Of a stretch of DNA of 64,000 nucleotides, positions 37,111 through 50,842 are shown one piece after another (within the stretch, counting starts at the first letter, position 1; each line of letters begins with the position of its first letter). The notes beneath the pieces were generated by a model. The model searched no databases. It was not told where the DNA came from and was given only the letters and a program-made list of their open reading frames with translations. Source of the stretch: Eledone cirrhosa. Taxonomy: Eukaryota. The stretch spans positions 125,922,001 to 125,986,000 of the forward strand of contig OZ024740.1 in the NCBI GenBank assembly GCA_964016885.1. The letters run 5' to 3'. The position numbers and the translations under genes were made by a program.

Positions 37111-38661
37111 CTATTGAAGGGGAGAGAGAGAGAGAAGAAAGAAAGAGTTAACAAGGAGATAAAACAAATATCATTTACAGCCTTGACATTGGATTTAAAC
37201 ACTCCTTATGATTAGATGTTGTATTTAAAAAGAGTCCAGTCATCTATTATACTTTAAACTTAGGGCATTTGACAGCAGGCAGACATTTTTTCACTACAAA
37301 GAATTTCTTCCATGCATAATTTTATAAAATCACTATATACAGTATTCTAAAAATGTCACTACATACAAAGTTCTTTAGTCCTACATAACCAAAGTTCTAT
37401 AGTGGTACTATATATGAGATACTGTAGTGTTTTTTGTTTTTTTTCTTACTCTATATATTTCTTTATTTTTTTATTGCATTAGTCAGAGGATAAGGAGCAA
37501 TGTTCCTTAAACTTTTCAGGGCTCAGCTGACTGCTAGGAGAAAGTTATTCTCAAACCAAGAACCGTGTCTGAAAGCTTTAAATAGAGGAGAGTCTGCAAA
37601 AGGCACCTAAGTACCATGTTAAAATGGTATTAAACGAGGTGATAGGTCTACCCTCCAGGTAACACAGTGTATAGTGTACTATAATATCAGTCTGTACGAT
37701 ATTGGGTCACACTATATAAACTATAATATTTGTCACTATGTTTATATAAAATGTGTTATAACTGCTGGTGAATAAAGATATGACTGTACCACCCCTTACG
37801 GAGTTATTATAAAATAGTCTATAAATTTGATAAATAATCACCATTTCTCTAGGATGTGATTTCAGCTTAGATCTACAATGTAGTACTGCTCTCACATCTG
37901 GGGCAATGCTGTTGTTGCTCACACTAGTATCCAAGACAACATTCCAGAAAAAGTTACCCTTTTAAACAGTTAAAAGTCACTCACTGACACTCATCAACTT
38001 CTAGCTCACATATATAGTTTTCCATCTCAGACTCTTCTAAAAATACATTAGTACAATGATATTTTCTCCTTTGCGCTTATTAAACTCATGCAACCACAAC
38101 TCATTCCTTTCTTCTCCTCTCATCACTGATGTTGTGTCCAACCTTCAAATCCCAGCACTAACCCATGCTAGTGTGGAAAATGGACGTTAAACGATGATGA
38201 TGATGATGATGATGATGATAATCACAATACCTAGTTTTTCTTGCCCTCAGGAACTTGCTCCTTTCTCATGTCTTTCCCAAAAGGGTGGACCTGTACCAGT
38301 TTAATAGAAGGTAAATGATATTGATCCCTGAACTCCTGGTCGGCTTGTTTAAGCCATGGGCATTTCCTTTTCTTCCAAACCTATCAAGTAAAAAAATAAA
38401 TAAATAAAAATAAATCTAAAAAGTAGTACCAGTAATATCTATGCTACTAATTTCAGTAACTCTGTAAAAAGATGAAATTGCAAAGTCAACTCAGCCAAAA
38501 ATTTAATTGAATAATATTTTAAAAACTTGAAAAATACAAGATTCACTCCATTTCCAACTAATCAATTCTTTCACAGCAAAAATTAATTAAAGATCACTAC
38601 AATTCTGAATTTCTTTCAGAACAAACAAACAAATAATAATAATAACAATAATAATAACGAT

Positions 38662-38695
<34 letters not shown>

Positions 38696-39729
38696 TAAAG
38701 AAAAAAAAAATAATTGCCTTTTTCCTTCTATTACTTTTTTCTTTATTTATTTACTTCCTTTATTATTTTCCTCCTCCCAAATAAATTTCTCAAATTACAC
38801 ACATTCACATTAACACATGGTCACACACCAAAAGAAAAAGAAAGATTTAAAGAAAGATTTTAAGACTTTACTAATTAGTGTCTTTAACTCCACCACGCCT
38901 AAGAAATTTGGTTCAACAAGGAAATATAAAGGAGGTAAAAAACACAAAAAGTATATTGTTGATTATTTTACATTTATTTATTTATTTAATTATTTAATTA
39001 TTTAATTATTTGGGTGTTTATTAGGAACAAAGGAATTTTGGTTTTCGTTTCCTCTTCCTTTATTTTGCTTTATTTCCAGTCAAAAATGGAGAAGATTTAT
39101 ATTTTGGTATTGTTTTTCTTTTTAAATATTTCGCAATTTTGAAAGATATTTTCTTTTTTAAATTCTTCTTTTATTTTTCTATTTAGTCTTTCATAAGGAA
39201 TATTAATAAAAAGGAGAATTTCTAAAGATTTTTTTCCTTTGACATATGAAATTAACCCATTAGGAAAGAGAAAAATTGAGGAAAAATTATAGAAAAAATA
39301 TAATAATTAATAATAAATAAGAATAACAAAGAGAAAGATATGATAAAAAGACAAAGGTTTTTACAATAGTTATGTTGACAAGATGCCTGTAAAAACAATA
39401 TAAAGAACTTGGCCAGTTATGGTTGAATAAACTTCAGCTATAGAGATAGCCAATTAAATTTTAAGGTGTAACCCATAGACCCAACCCCACAAATATGATG
39501 GAAATCTTTGTAACTTTTACAATGATCATGTATCACATATGTGAATATGTGAATCTTCTGAACCCAATCATTAGAATATAAATATAATCATATATACACA
39601 TATGCATATATATCTGCCATGTGTACATGTGCTAGTATTCAAACAGCTAGTTATTTATCCATCTGTCTAACTGTTTATCTATATATCTGTCACTGATCAA
39701 CCTGCATGTATACCTTCATACATACCTCA

Positions 39730-40090
39730 CCATCATCTTCACTGTTTAAGGTCCATTTTCCCACACTAGCATGGGCTAGATGAGTTGTCCCATTGTGAGA
39801 TAAATCAGATCAGATGATTATGACTTGCTCACACAGTATGGTTTCTATGGCTTGATGACCTTCCTAATGCCAACCACATTTACAGAGTGGACTGGGTACT
39901 TTTAACTGCGGCACCAAATTGACTGGGTGCTTTTTGTCATGTCACCATCAAGATCACCTTATAGGGTGGATTGGGTGCTCTTTTAACATCATAATGCACC
40001 TTACATGGTGGACTAGGAGTTTTTGTTGTGTCACCAGAATGACCAACTTCCAGGGTGGCTGGGAGCTTTTAACCATTTCAGCAGCATTGT
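39730..40090 (-). mobile_element. RTE 3' UTR fragment with 4-5 internal repeat units
   Basis: Reverse complement of the 24200-24460 type sequence (CTTCCTAATGCCAACCAC, repeated GGACTGGGTGCTTTTT). Confidence 0.65.
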
Positions 40091-40425
40091 CGGGGAACAG
40101 AGCATGTTCAGCTTTCTGTGCTTGTATGCTGGAAGGGGATTGGAGAGGTGGGTCTACACACATATATATATGTGGGTGTGTATTTATATACATATGCTAT
40201 AGGAATGCAGCATGGTGAAATTGGTAAAAGGTTTACTTTGAAATCATTAGATTGCAGGTTCAATCCCTCGGCATGGCATCTTGGGCAAGTGTCATTTAAC
40301 ATAGTCTCAGGTCATCCCATTCCATGTAAGAGAAATTGGGTAGGAGGAAACTGCTGGTAGCTCATCATATGTACAGCACCTGTATTTTGAAAGGCCAGCT
40401 TTTTCACAAAATCATGCTTAATCTT

Positions 40426-40498
<73 letters not shown>

Positions 40499-40711
40499 GT
40501 GAGTTCAGGTTCAAACAGGGGTAACCACAGTAAGAAAGGTACACAATACATTAGTAGAGTATATACAAAATTTAACATAGAAATGGTTTCTACAGGACTA
40601 GAACTGTTTCTTAATGTGGTTTGAGGGCTTTCCTGTGATTTCTCGCAAATGTCACAGTTCTTGTCCTGTAGAAGCCATTTCTATATAAAATGATATATAT
40701 ATATATATATA

Positions 40712-43700
40712 AAAAACATGAGAAAAAAGAAGAATACTGCGTGGTTGCACATGGGTTACATATGATAAAAATAGTCCTTCGTCAGTGATTTTCCAACCAT
40801 CATTGGTATTTCATATATATAGGAACGAGTAGGACCACGACGGCTGAACTCAAGCCGTTTCGACGGCTAATTCTGGACTAAATGAAAATTTTTATCCTGG
40901 TATATGAATAGCCGAGCTTCTCAGGGGGTAATTCCATATATGGTAAAAGTGATTGTCACAAGGATTGGTCAAAAGTTTGTTGTTGAGACACATAATTCTA
41001 TCAAGGCCATTTATGGAAGGAAGGGGTAGCTGAACCTGCCAGTAGAAGAAAGAGGGAGAGGGGGTGGAGGAAACCCAGTCGTGCGTTGATAGTGCCAACT
41101 GCAGGAGGTCAAGCAAGTATACTAGGGAGGGGGAGTGAGAGGAAGTCGAAACAATAAGTAAAACAATATGGGGTAAATATATAGGAGAATACCGAGAATG
41201 TTAAAGGTATAAAAAAACAATTTCTGGTTACTATTCCCTAACGACAGTCATCAAGTCTCTCACTGGTACTGCTAAACTATAGAAAAGTTTACTAGGTGGG
41301 ACGGAATTATAATGAGACCATTTTAAGAGTTAGTTGACAGGTCAACAAGTGGGGGGCCAAAATTTTAGAGAAACTACCACGAAATAATAATTCAGAGTCC
41401 CGAGACTAATACGAAATAATTGTTTCTACCCTAGGCACAAGGCCAGCAACCACCCAGTGCAAAAAATAAACTAATACAAAATAATAATTCAGAATCCCGA
41501 AAATGAATACTAATACTATCTCTAAGGGTGCCGTTACGATACAAAAATTCTAGTGCAAACTACATAAATGCTCGTACGAAGTATATGAAAAATTTGATAC
41601 GGAAAATTAATTCAGGGTCAAAAAAAAAAAAAATAGATATACGAGAAATTAAAGCAAAGAAACAACTAAGAAATGTAGAAAGCACGGAAAAGGGGCAGCC
41701 ATCTGATAAGAAAGCAATATCCGGGGTCTATCACATCTGCTATAAAAAGCGGAGTCGGCCAATTCTATCATAGAATAGGGGAAGGGGGTGGGGGTACTGA
41801 GGCTACAAAGAAACGAGGGGCTGCCTCGGGTGGGCGAGAAAGTGAAAAGGACGACGACAAGAAAGAGGACTGGGGTGGAAGGACTAGGAAGGGATGGGGG
41901 GAAGAAGGAAATATAGAGGAAGCGATAAAAAGATATAAAAGAAGATCTTACGTCTACCTTTGCAAGCAGGGGTTACCCATTACAAAGTCGGCAAGTGTGA
42001 TGTTACAGCCCTTGTCTACCCCCCCCCCCCCCGGGGTCATTATGGGGTTTGAGGGCGAGGTAAGTCCTACGCAATCTGTGTTTGCATGCAGTTACCAGTT
42101 CGTCTTTCTTGTTTAGGAATTGGTCCGTCGAAAACAGCATTTGTAAAGTTTCCTCCGAGCATAAATTGCACGGACGGCGTCCTCCCGTGTAACAGTTGGC
42201 TCTGGACAGTAAGCTCTAAGTGAGATCATAGGTAATATTGTTATCCTTGAGGTCCCAGATGTGGCCCGAAAGTGTGGTGGCGTGACGCCGGGCCGGGTTT
42301 CGGAAGGTATGTCTGTGTTGGTATAGCCGGGTCTTGAAGTCACATGCGGTTAATCCTATATAAGCTTTGTTGGAGGTGTCCGTCCTCACGTTGCACTGGT
42401 AGATCACATTACGATCTCTGCATATGTTGTCGAGGGGGCAAATGGATCTGTTGCACCTCCTGGTCGGCTCTATTTAGGTTATTTCTTCCATAGGGGTTGA
42501 GTTTTTTGTTGTTAGAGGAGACGATGTTTTGTGCAAAGTTTGGTGTGGTGCTGTAGGAGAGTTTGATGGTATTTTTGTTAATTATGTTGTGGTAGCAGTG
42601 TTGTAGTGGGAAGTGTTTTTCGATGAGCCTAAAGAAGATTTTCCCGATAGGAGTTGTCACCTCGGCGTTGTGGGGAGGATTGAACCATGTTACATTGCGT
42701 GAGCGGCGGTGTCACCTGCTGGTTCCGCTAATGGAAGTTGGACAGTAGGATATTTCCACCCGGAAACCACTCCGCTTGAGGGCCTGGTTGTAATAAGGCG
42801 CATGTTCCTCGAATATCTGCTCATTAGCGGACAAACGAGATATGCGGAGGGAGATGTTTTTAACCAGGTTATTGGTGATGTTCCTAGGATGGTTTGACCG
42901 GCGGTGGATGTAGTGCAGGTTGTCGTTGGGTTTCCTGTAAGGGTAGTACAGATCATTATCGAGGTCAAGGGTAACGTCCAGTAAGTTTACTCGGGGGGTC
43001 AGGGACGTTTGTAGGGTTATTTTAAATCCCCAGTCGCGGAAGAAGCTGATTAATTGTTTACGGACCCGGTCTGTACTACTGGGGTTGTACCCTTTAAGGG
43101 TAAGGAGCCCATCATCACGGTACAATCCACCGCCGAATGCAGGAAACATATCGGTGAGTTTAACTAGTAGGAATAATCCTATAAGATCTGTGACCTCAGC
43201 CGAATCCGTCTCACCCATGCTGACGTCGAAGGGTGAGTCGGGAGCTCTCTTTATCCATTTGGAGTTGTCGAAGAGTAGGACTGTCTTCCTGGCGTGGAGG
43301 ATGATGTTTCTTTCCTGGTCGGTGATGGGCGCAAGTATTTCGGCAAAGTCCAAGGCAGCCGTAAGTACCGGTAAGGTAATTGAAGCATAGTAACTCTCTA
43401 TGTCAAACTGGATGAATTTTGTGTCTCGTTTGCCCTCCGTATTGCTGAACCATGAGATTACTTCCTGGGTGTTGACCCATAGGTTAAGTCTGGCGTGTTG
43501 CTTAACTTTTGGTATAACGCGATCTAGGATTTTTTTGCTGATTCTCCCTATGTCGGACTTCGTTGGGTTTATAAGACTGATAAAAGGTTTACGGTCGAAA
43601 TCAGATTTGTGGTCCTTCAGTGTGAAGTAGGGTGTCCGTGGGTCTAGGGGTTCCGTGCGGTCGGCGACCCCGAGGCTGGAGATAATTTGTTGTCCATCTC

Positions 43701-43826
43701 GATTTATGTCCTCGATGCAAGAGTGGTTAGCCTTTTTATAGGTGGAGTTTAGGCTGCTCCTGATCAGTGTGTGGTATCTGTCGGGGTTGACGAAGTAGAG
43801 GTTACCAGTTTTATCCGAGTGCACCA
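40712..43826 (-). mobile_element. Penelope-like element (RT + GIY-YIG), 5'-truncated, frameshifted
   Basis: SDKTGNLY, LINPTKSDIGRISK, FDIESYYASI, FDVSMG, GLYRDDGL, LDVTLDL, YIHRRSNHP; then WFNPP and GIY-YIG IYQC...YIGLT...FKTRLYQH (42216-42407); long 3' region ending at (TA)n. Confidence 0.9.
40833..40930 (-). ncRNA. Degenerate hammerhead-ribozyme-like motif in the Penelope 3' (pLTR) region
   Basis: Minus strand: CUGAGAA-G..CGGCUA..UAGCCGU-C-GAAAC-GGCU(UGAGUUC)AGCC-GUC. Core G8 is changed to A and stem I is weak. Confidence 0.5.
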
Positions 43827-44677
43827 CACACTGATCAAATCCCTTCATAGTCCCTTCTTTGAGAAAACTGAATTTAGAAATCCACAGACTGGTTAAAAAG
43901 AGGAGACCTTAAAAAGGCTACAGAAGGAATGCTAATGGCTGAGCAAGAGCAGGCACTCAAAACGAAGTGGGTGAAACACCATATTTACAAGGAGGAGGCT
44001 AGCTCACTGTGTAGGATCTGTGGAGAGAGAGAGGAGACTGTGGCTCACATTGTATCCGAGTGTAAACATCTAGCCCAGACTCAGAATAAAGGCTGGAGAC
44101 ATGATGTGATGGGCAGGGTGATCCACTGGCACCTATGCAAAGTAAACAATTTATCACATTCTGAGAAGTGGTATGAGCATAAGCCAGAGTCAGTGTTAGA
44201 AAACGATCAGGTGAAGGTGCTATGGGATTTTAGGATACAGACGGAAAAGAAACTGGAACACAATAGGCCTGACCTGGTAGTTTTGGACAAGGAGAAGATT
44301 GTGCCTGATTGTAGATGTAGCCTGCCCATTTGACACGAGAGTTCAAGAAAAGGAGAGGGAGAAATTAACCGATACCAGGACTTAAAGTTGGAGGTAAAAA
44401 GGATTTGGAACTGCTATGAAGTCAGAGTCGTCCCGATTGTCATAGGCGCACTGGGTACTATCTCAAAGAGTTTCCACGGATGGTTAAAGAAAGTTAGTCC
44501 AGCTCCGCTTTTTGGAACACTTCAAAATGCATGCTTGCTGGGAACAGCAAGAACCCTCCAATACGTCCTGAATATCTGAGGCTGCAGGTAGCGGCTTGAT
44601 ATTCATTTCAACAAACTTTCCAGTTAAATAACATTTAATGACTGAGACTCAAAGAATAATAATAATAATAATAATAA
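43827..44677 (+). mobile_element. R4/Dong-like LINE 3' fragment with (AAT)n tail
   Basis: CRICGEREETVAHIVSEC, RHD, LWDFRIQT, NRPDLVV, VPIVIGALG; ends in (AAT)n. Confidence 0.85.
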
Positions 44678-44841
44678 TTGTTTCTACTTTAGGCACAAGG
44701 CCTGTAATTACCCCAGTGCATTAGTGCTACTTTATTTTATCGACTCCGTAAGGATGAAAGGCAAAGTTAACCTCGGTGGGATTTGAACTGAGAATGGCAA
44801 AGGCTGTAACTCTATGCGTCAAAGCATGGCATCCGACTCTA
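44675..44841 (-). mobile_element. SINE family A inserted in the (AAT)n tail of the R4-like LINE
   Basis: Family A body, 5'-truncated, with ATAATAATA on both sides. Confidence 0.85.
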
Positions 44842-47289
44842 TAATAATAATATCCGATTCGTTTGCAGGTAAACTATGTTTTTATATGACCATCACCATC
44901 CTTTTGATCTAGCGGCGATACAGAAAAACAATCGACAATGTTATGTCTGGGTTATTGCTCTTTGTCAAATTGTGTATATCTTTTATTTCACTCACTAGAA
45001 CTCTTGAGAACACATCATATTCTCTAAAGTATACATCAGCTGATTAGCCTAATTTGCATACCGAGTTTACGGCTGGCTTGCCAGAATCCTCTGAAGACAG
45101 TGGATATCAGAACGACACTCATGTCTATGTATAAAAGAACTATGGTATTATGCTCAAGGACGATTTTACTTTCAGTAAATTTCAATTAACAGCAAATTTC
45201 ACAACTTACGAATATAGAGAAGAATTTAAATCTCGGTTGACCCACTAACCAGGAAATGGATATCTCTTACAAGTAACATCTAAAACATGCTTTTCTCTGG
45301 GTTCGTGGGATACTTGTAGCAGTAATTTGATACTCTCCTCAATAGCGTTTCTCTCATACTATCAAGCGGCTTCCAAGAAGTTGACAATTATGGCATCATA
45401 GATAAGTTTCCATTTTGAATTGGTTTTCGAGTCGCCAATATGTCTGTGGTTATGTCATCAAACAGCTATCTGCTTATTCTCGAGTCCTCGAGACAAAGGA
45501 AGGAATAGTTAAAAATAGCTTTCTCCCAGAACTAATTCCAGCAGTTCCAGAGTTCGTATTGACTACCCAAGATGTAGTTGTCAATTGTCTCACACCGACG
45601 TCTTTAAATCCTCCTCTCTTTGCGTCTCTCCCTCCCTCGGTCTCTATCTAGGCCAGGTCAATGAATTCATAGCATCAACAATTTTTAATAATACTAGTGC
45701 AAGTAAACAATTTTATACATAATTATACATCAATTATATACACAATTGAACTGTGGTTGTTTGCTCGTCGTTTATTGTCGCTATAATTTCGACGAAAGTT
45801 ATATTCAATAAAATATTAATTTCTGTGTTATTATGGTTTATATATTTCATTATCTATGTGATCAGGGTAAATTATTTACCCAAGGAATCATCACATCATA
45901 ATGCACAACTGCAAGTAAGTGAATCATCCACTGGTCACACAGTATCAAGCATATCAATTCTCCTTCACCTCCTCTCTATGCAACGGTGACCACATCACTG
46001 AACAATCCGCAAAAACCGAATCAACACCACAACACCACCAACCATCCTCGCCTTAGACACGCTTTATACTTTATGCCAACGTGATGTTATTAGTAAGACT
46101 AAAATAACGTGGATGGTTATGCAAAAGCCATCGTTGCTACAATCAAATCATTATGGTAGATGTCCTTTAGATTAGTTCAAACATGTTACCATTCAATCTG
46201 TCTCCCCATAGTCACAAACATTAAATGATTGAGCGATTGAACCCTCAAGTACATACATAATTTTCGTCTTTACCTAATATATTCAAATGGGGTTCTCTCT
46301 TAAGGGACTTACATATTCAACTAATTTATTCCCAACTATGAACAAATAATTAAAATCGACTATAGGATTATATTAAATACTTTTCACGATCGTGCCTGAC
46401 ACAGTTAATAATAATACAGTCCCCAACAGTATTACCAAATCGATAAACTGTAGAAGACAGCATTTGTACATGATCACTCTGTTTGGTCCTTATATTTATA
46501 TCAAAAAGTATTATGCTGCTATTAGAAAACCAGGGAATATTCTTATACTAACGGTTATACGAAGCGACTAAAGAATTACTGGGACGAAATCCATTCAAAA
46601 TTAAACCGCATAACATCTAAAACAACTTTGACAACAGTAATTCTTTTGTTATCCGAAAAATGGCTGTCACAGATATTGATTGTTTTTCCAACTCTTGTAA
46701 TGTTTGTTGACTTTCTAAAGACACACAAATTCTATCCCAAGAGATCGATGCGAATGTAAACAAACCGACGATTTCAACATTACCATCATCACCAGCGTTC
46801 AACTCCGATATATATTTCGGTATAACACTAATCCGACAGAGATGACTGCATACAACTTCAAACCAATTTATTATCATAATCTGAGGAGACGTTTTTTCAC
46901 TTCTTACAACTATCTTTAGACAAAATATTTGAGAAGAGTTGGAGTAAAATAAGACAGAACTACTCCCAGGTGAAAGGTTATTAAGGATATCGCAAGAGAC
47001 AATATGAACACATTTAATAGCAGTTATATGACAACCAATATCTATCTGTACAGTCTGTATCACTCGAAGGCAACATCTAACATCTACTAGATGCTATGCT
47101 GATAGTAAGGTAATGAAATTATTTCATCATACGCCAATCTGGTGAAACGAAAATACACCAACAGCCAACTCCGCAGAATAAGGCATTTAGACATATAAGA
47201 TGAACAATAAGTTCATTACGCATAAAATGTATCGTATAAAAAAACACTTACTAAAATGTAGGGCGATTCTAGACAACAAATAGTTGATA

Positions 47290-47740
47290 CTTCTTCACCC
47301 ATTATTCTTCACAGGGTCGTGAAACACTCCTTCCAGCTGGTTCTGTCAGAAGCAACCATCTCCAACTGATCCAGCCGGATCCCCAAGCAAGACCAGCCAA
47401 ATTCATGGATGTTATCCAACGATCTTGCTCGGTTCTACCGCTGGATCTCCTGCCAGTTGGTTTTTCCCGTAAAATCTCTCCAGCGATTCTTTCCTGAGAT
47501 ATTCTAACAACTTGTTCACATTATCAGAGCTGTGATCTCTCAGTTCAGAGAAGTAACAGCTCTAACTGGAGTGACTCTCTTATCTCCAAGCTACGCACTC
47601 TATCGAATAACGTTACTCCAAAGACCTTCGGAGGAACCCCATTTCGGCCGCTTATATTCACGATCGTATTCCTTCGGTCTTTATCCATGATTCATAATCA
47701 TAGGTAAAGGTTGGCACGAATACCGAGTTGAAGATAGACG
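47290..47740 (-). mobile_element. Old RTE 3' fragment (different family)
   Basis: Minus-strand remnants resembling AAEMGFLRR, IRESLQLELLL and GRRSSGRT; GAAGAAG end. Confidence 0.55.
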
Positions 47741-48482
47741 AAGTATTACATTTTAAAAGCATGATCTCAAGACTTTGATTGAGAAATGGCAACTCTCAAC
47801 TCTAATGAACTATCATTAAGTACCAGATTGCCTTTTAGAAGGTGCATAGGGAAATATGAAAGAAAGCAATATTTCTGCACGAAGATCATCTTTTCAGGAA
47901 AGTCGTAAATCAACTTTGTCTAAGATCCGGAATGAAGAAATGTCCATCGAATAAACATCCATCAAGGCTGAATGCAGTAATAAAAAAAACATCTTATTAA
48001 CAGTAACGAATAAATTAATCGACACTGAAACTTACAATAAAGTTGTGCTTGAATAATCTTGTAGAAAAAGGAGCGTAGGCTACCGGGCCCACGTTGTCAA
48101 AAGCCCTGCTTTAAAACACTAGCAAAGCTATTGCTATAGAACTATTTTCAATCGATGAGAATGCCTTGGTGTTTATAATAGATCCAACAAATGTAATAAT
48201 TATACGATCTAATACACTTTAAATTAAGTACTTGCAAGCTATTTATTCCGATTCAGTGATTCTCCGTATACTATTGTACTACATTGCCTTTTATAGAAAT
48301 AAATTATAGAGGAGGGGTTCACCCATACAAATCTGTCATATAATCTATCACGTTTAAATCGTCTTTTTCCAGGATGAGCCTTTTAAATGCCTCAAACATG
48401 CCAACAAGTAGGTAAATATCAAGCGTTATGTAAAATGATAAATAGTAGAACTCTCCTATTAATTTCGATTATTCTTCCGTAT

Positions 48483-48526
<44 letters not shown>

Positions 48527-50002
48527 AAATATATATACATATTGACTCTTCAAATATACATTTGTCCCTCAAATATGCCGTTGGATCCATGAAAATAATG
48601 GTTTCTAATTTAGACACAAAGCAAGCAATTTTCTTGACCTCGAGAGGATGAAAGGAAAAGTTGATCTCGATGGTATTTGATCTTAGAACGTAAGGGCAGG
48701 ATTGAATATCGCTCAAACGCCTTAGAATCCAGAAATAATATTCCAACCGTTTTGTATTTTGGGTCCCCTTTATAACAGAAGCTAGCTACAACTCACGTAC
48801 TAATCTGGCCGTAATGAAAAGGCACCCGAACAAAATTTAATTGTTTCACAGTGGAGCAAAGTGTTCACTTTCTACAGAATAATACACGTGTGTATGTTTG
48901 AAAGAACTATAGAAGGCCAAATTGATATACCAAACTCGTTTGCCAGAACACAAAAAATGTTAGTATCCAATAATGAAAACACTGATTTGGCAGAAAACCA
49001 TAGATCTTTTGTTTGTTTAAACATCATGTATAACTTTTACACAAGCTGTTCAAAACCACTTACGTTTCTTTTAGTCTATTGTGAGTTCAACGTGGTAGTG
49101 ACTGATGAGCAGCCAGGCGAAATGAAAGGAGCGTAGCGATGTGCCAAAAAGGTTTTAATTAAAAATCTCTATTTACGTGAGTAAAATAAAAATGATATTG
49201 AAAATGTGTCTGTACGGCTTGATTAGAAAACAACATATTTGAATCTAATTCTCGCTCCTAATTTCTGGAATAATTTTATTTGATAAAAAATACCTCCTGA
49301 TGGCTGGTGCCAGTGAAATACTTACAGTGACATTATCAATCATTCTCAACCATGTAACTTCAAGCACATCGATTGTCACTTTTCTTATAAATGTTTCAAA
49401 AGCAATACTTCAAGGGGACAGTATGTGTTTTAATTTAGTTTCGAAGTAAATCTATAATTTATTTTACACATCCCAGTATCTATAGGCTAAAGTCTGCACG
49501 AATGTAAGTAATACTTTTGTTGGTACTCTAAATATCTACATTGGAAACAACAAGCTACGAAATTAACATTATATAAGGATAGTATTTTCGTGTCTTACTT
49601 GATATGTAAACGTGGCGAAACCGCCTTTCAAACACAAATATCAATCATTTCTGTATCTGTCCCGTTCTATACAGCTATACATAACCCAAGAACCTTCTGA
49701 GTACTTTTTTAACACACTAAAATTTGTGGTGATTCCTTCCTGACTGTGGGGTTAAGGGGTTCAATTCGCAACAAGGTCGTTCAGGGTTCGATTCCATTGA
49801 GCAGCATCTGAGGCAAGTCTTTATTTTTCTCTAGCTCTAGGTTAACCAATACCTTATAAGAGGTATTTGGTGGCCGGAGTCTGGACAGAAGACTGAATTA
49901 TTCAAAACTACCAAACTTAGCCAAGAATATATTTGACAGTAAACAAACAACCATGAAATATTTGTATGATAATTACATTCCAGGTCATTTTAGTATGTCA
50001 TA

Positions 50003-50099
50003 ATTTGCCTTTTATCGTTACGGGGTCGATAAAATAAAGTACCAGTAATGTACTATGATAATTGCTGGCCTTGTGCCAAAAGTAGAAACAATTATTATT
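50003..50099 (+). mobile_element. SINE family A 3' half
   Basis: GGGGTCGATAAAATAAAGTACCAGTA...GTAGAAACAATTATT. Confidence 0.8.
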
Positions 50100-50842
50100 C
50101 ATAATTTGCATTAAACATGTCATATTTATAGGAAATGTGAGTAATTGTTTTATATGCTCCAGAATAATCGTTTATATAATCATAATAACAACTATATGAA
50201 GGATGTATGATTATGACAGGGTTATTTTTTGTTGTTATAGAACTTATCTAATTTTATTTCCTTATCTCTCTGTCTACTATTTATTCATTTGGTTTTGTAG
50301 ATGATTCTCTCTGAGAAACATTATGCTATGCTTTTTATTCTGTAAACAAATTCATTGGTCAAGGACTAGTGGCTGAGATATGAGCAGCAGTGTATCAAAA
50401 CGAAAGGTCACAAATGCATGGGATTTTAAAAAAATTCTATTTTGTAAATTATCAAGAACTGTCTGTCTTCACTGATGCAGCATTTAATATGCTTTTCTTG
50501 AGCTGCCCGTCAAGGGCTATTGCAATAGACTTATTGGTGCCATTGCTGTTGCAAAGAACTAACAGATAATACCAAACAGAACCATTAGTGAATTAATTTC
50601 TATCAGTTTACATGTATAGCTGCATTAAAGAGATCAATACTGCCTTATATCACGCTGCGAAATCAATTGTTTGTCGAATTTGTTGAAAGATTTCATATAA
50701 TTAGATAAGGATTTTAAAAAATTCCTAAGAACATCATTACTTCTCGGATTTCAATCCTTTACTAGTTGAAAATTGTTTGATTTGTAAACACACTTTCAAA
50801 TAATTCCCAACGGTTACTAACTATTTCACATTCTAAAACGTC

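Noticed and set aside
49100-49140. CTGATGAG...CGAAA hammerhead core
   Set aside because: Stem II is only 2 bp and no stem I or convincing stem III can be formed.
50290-50650. Plus-strand acceptor followed by coding-looking sequence
   Set aside because: Stops occur in all frames and there is no recognisable motif or donor.
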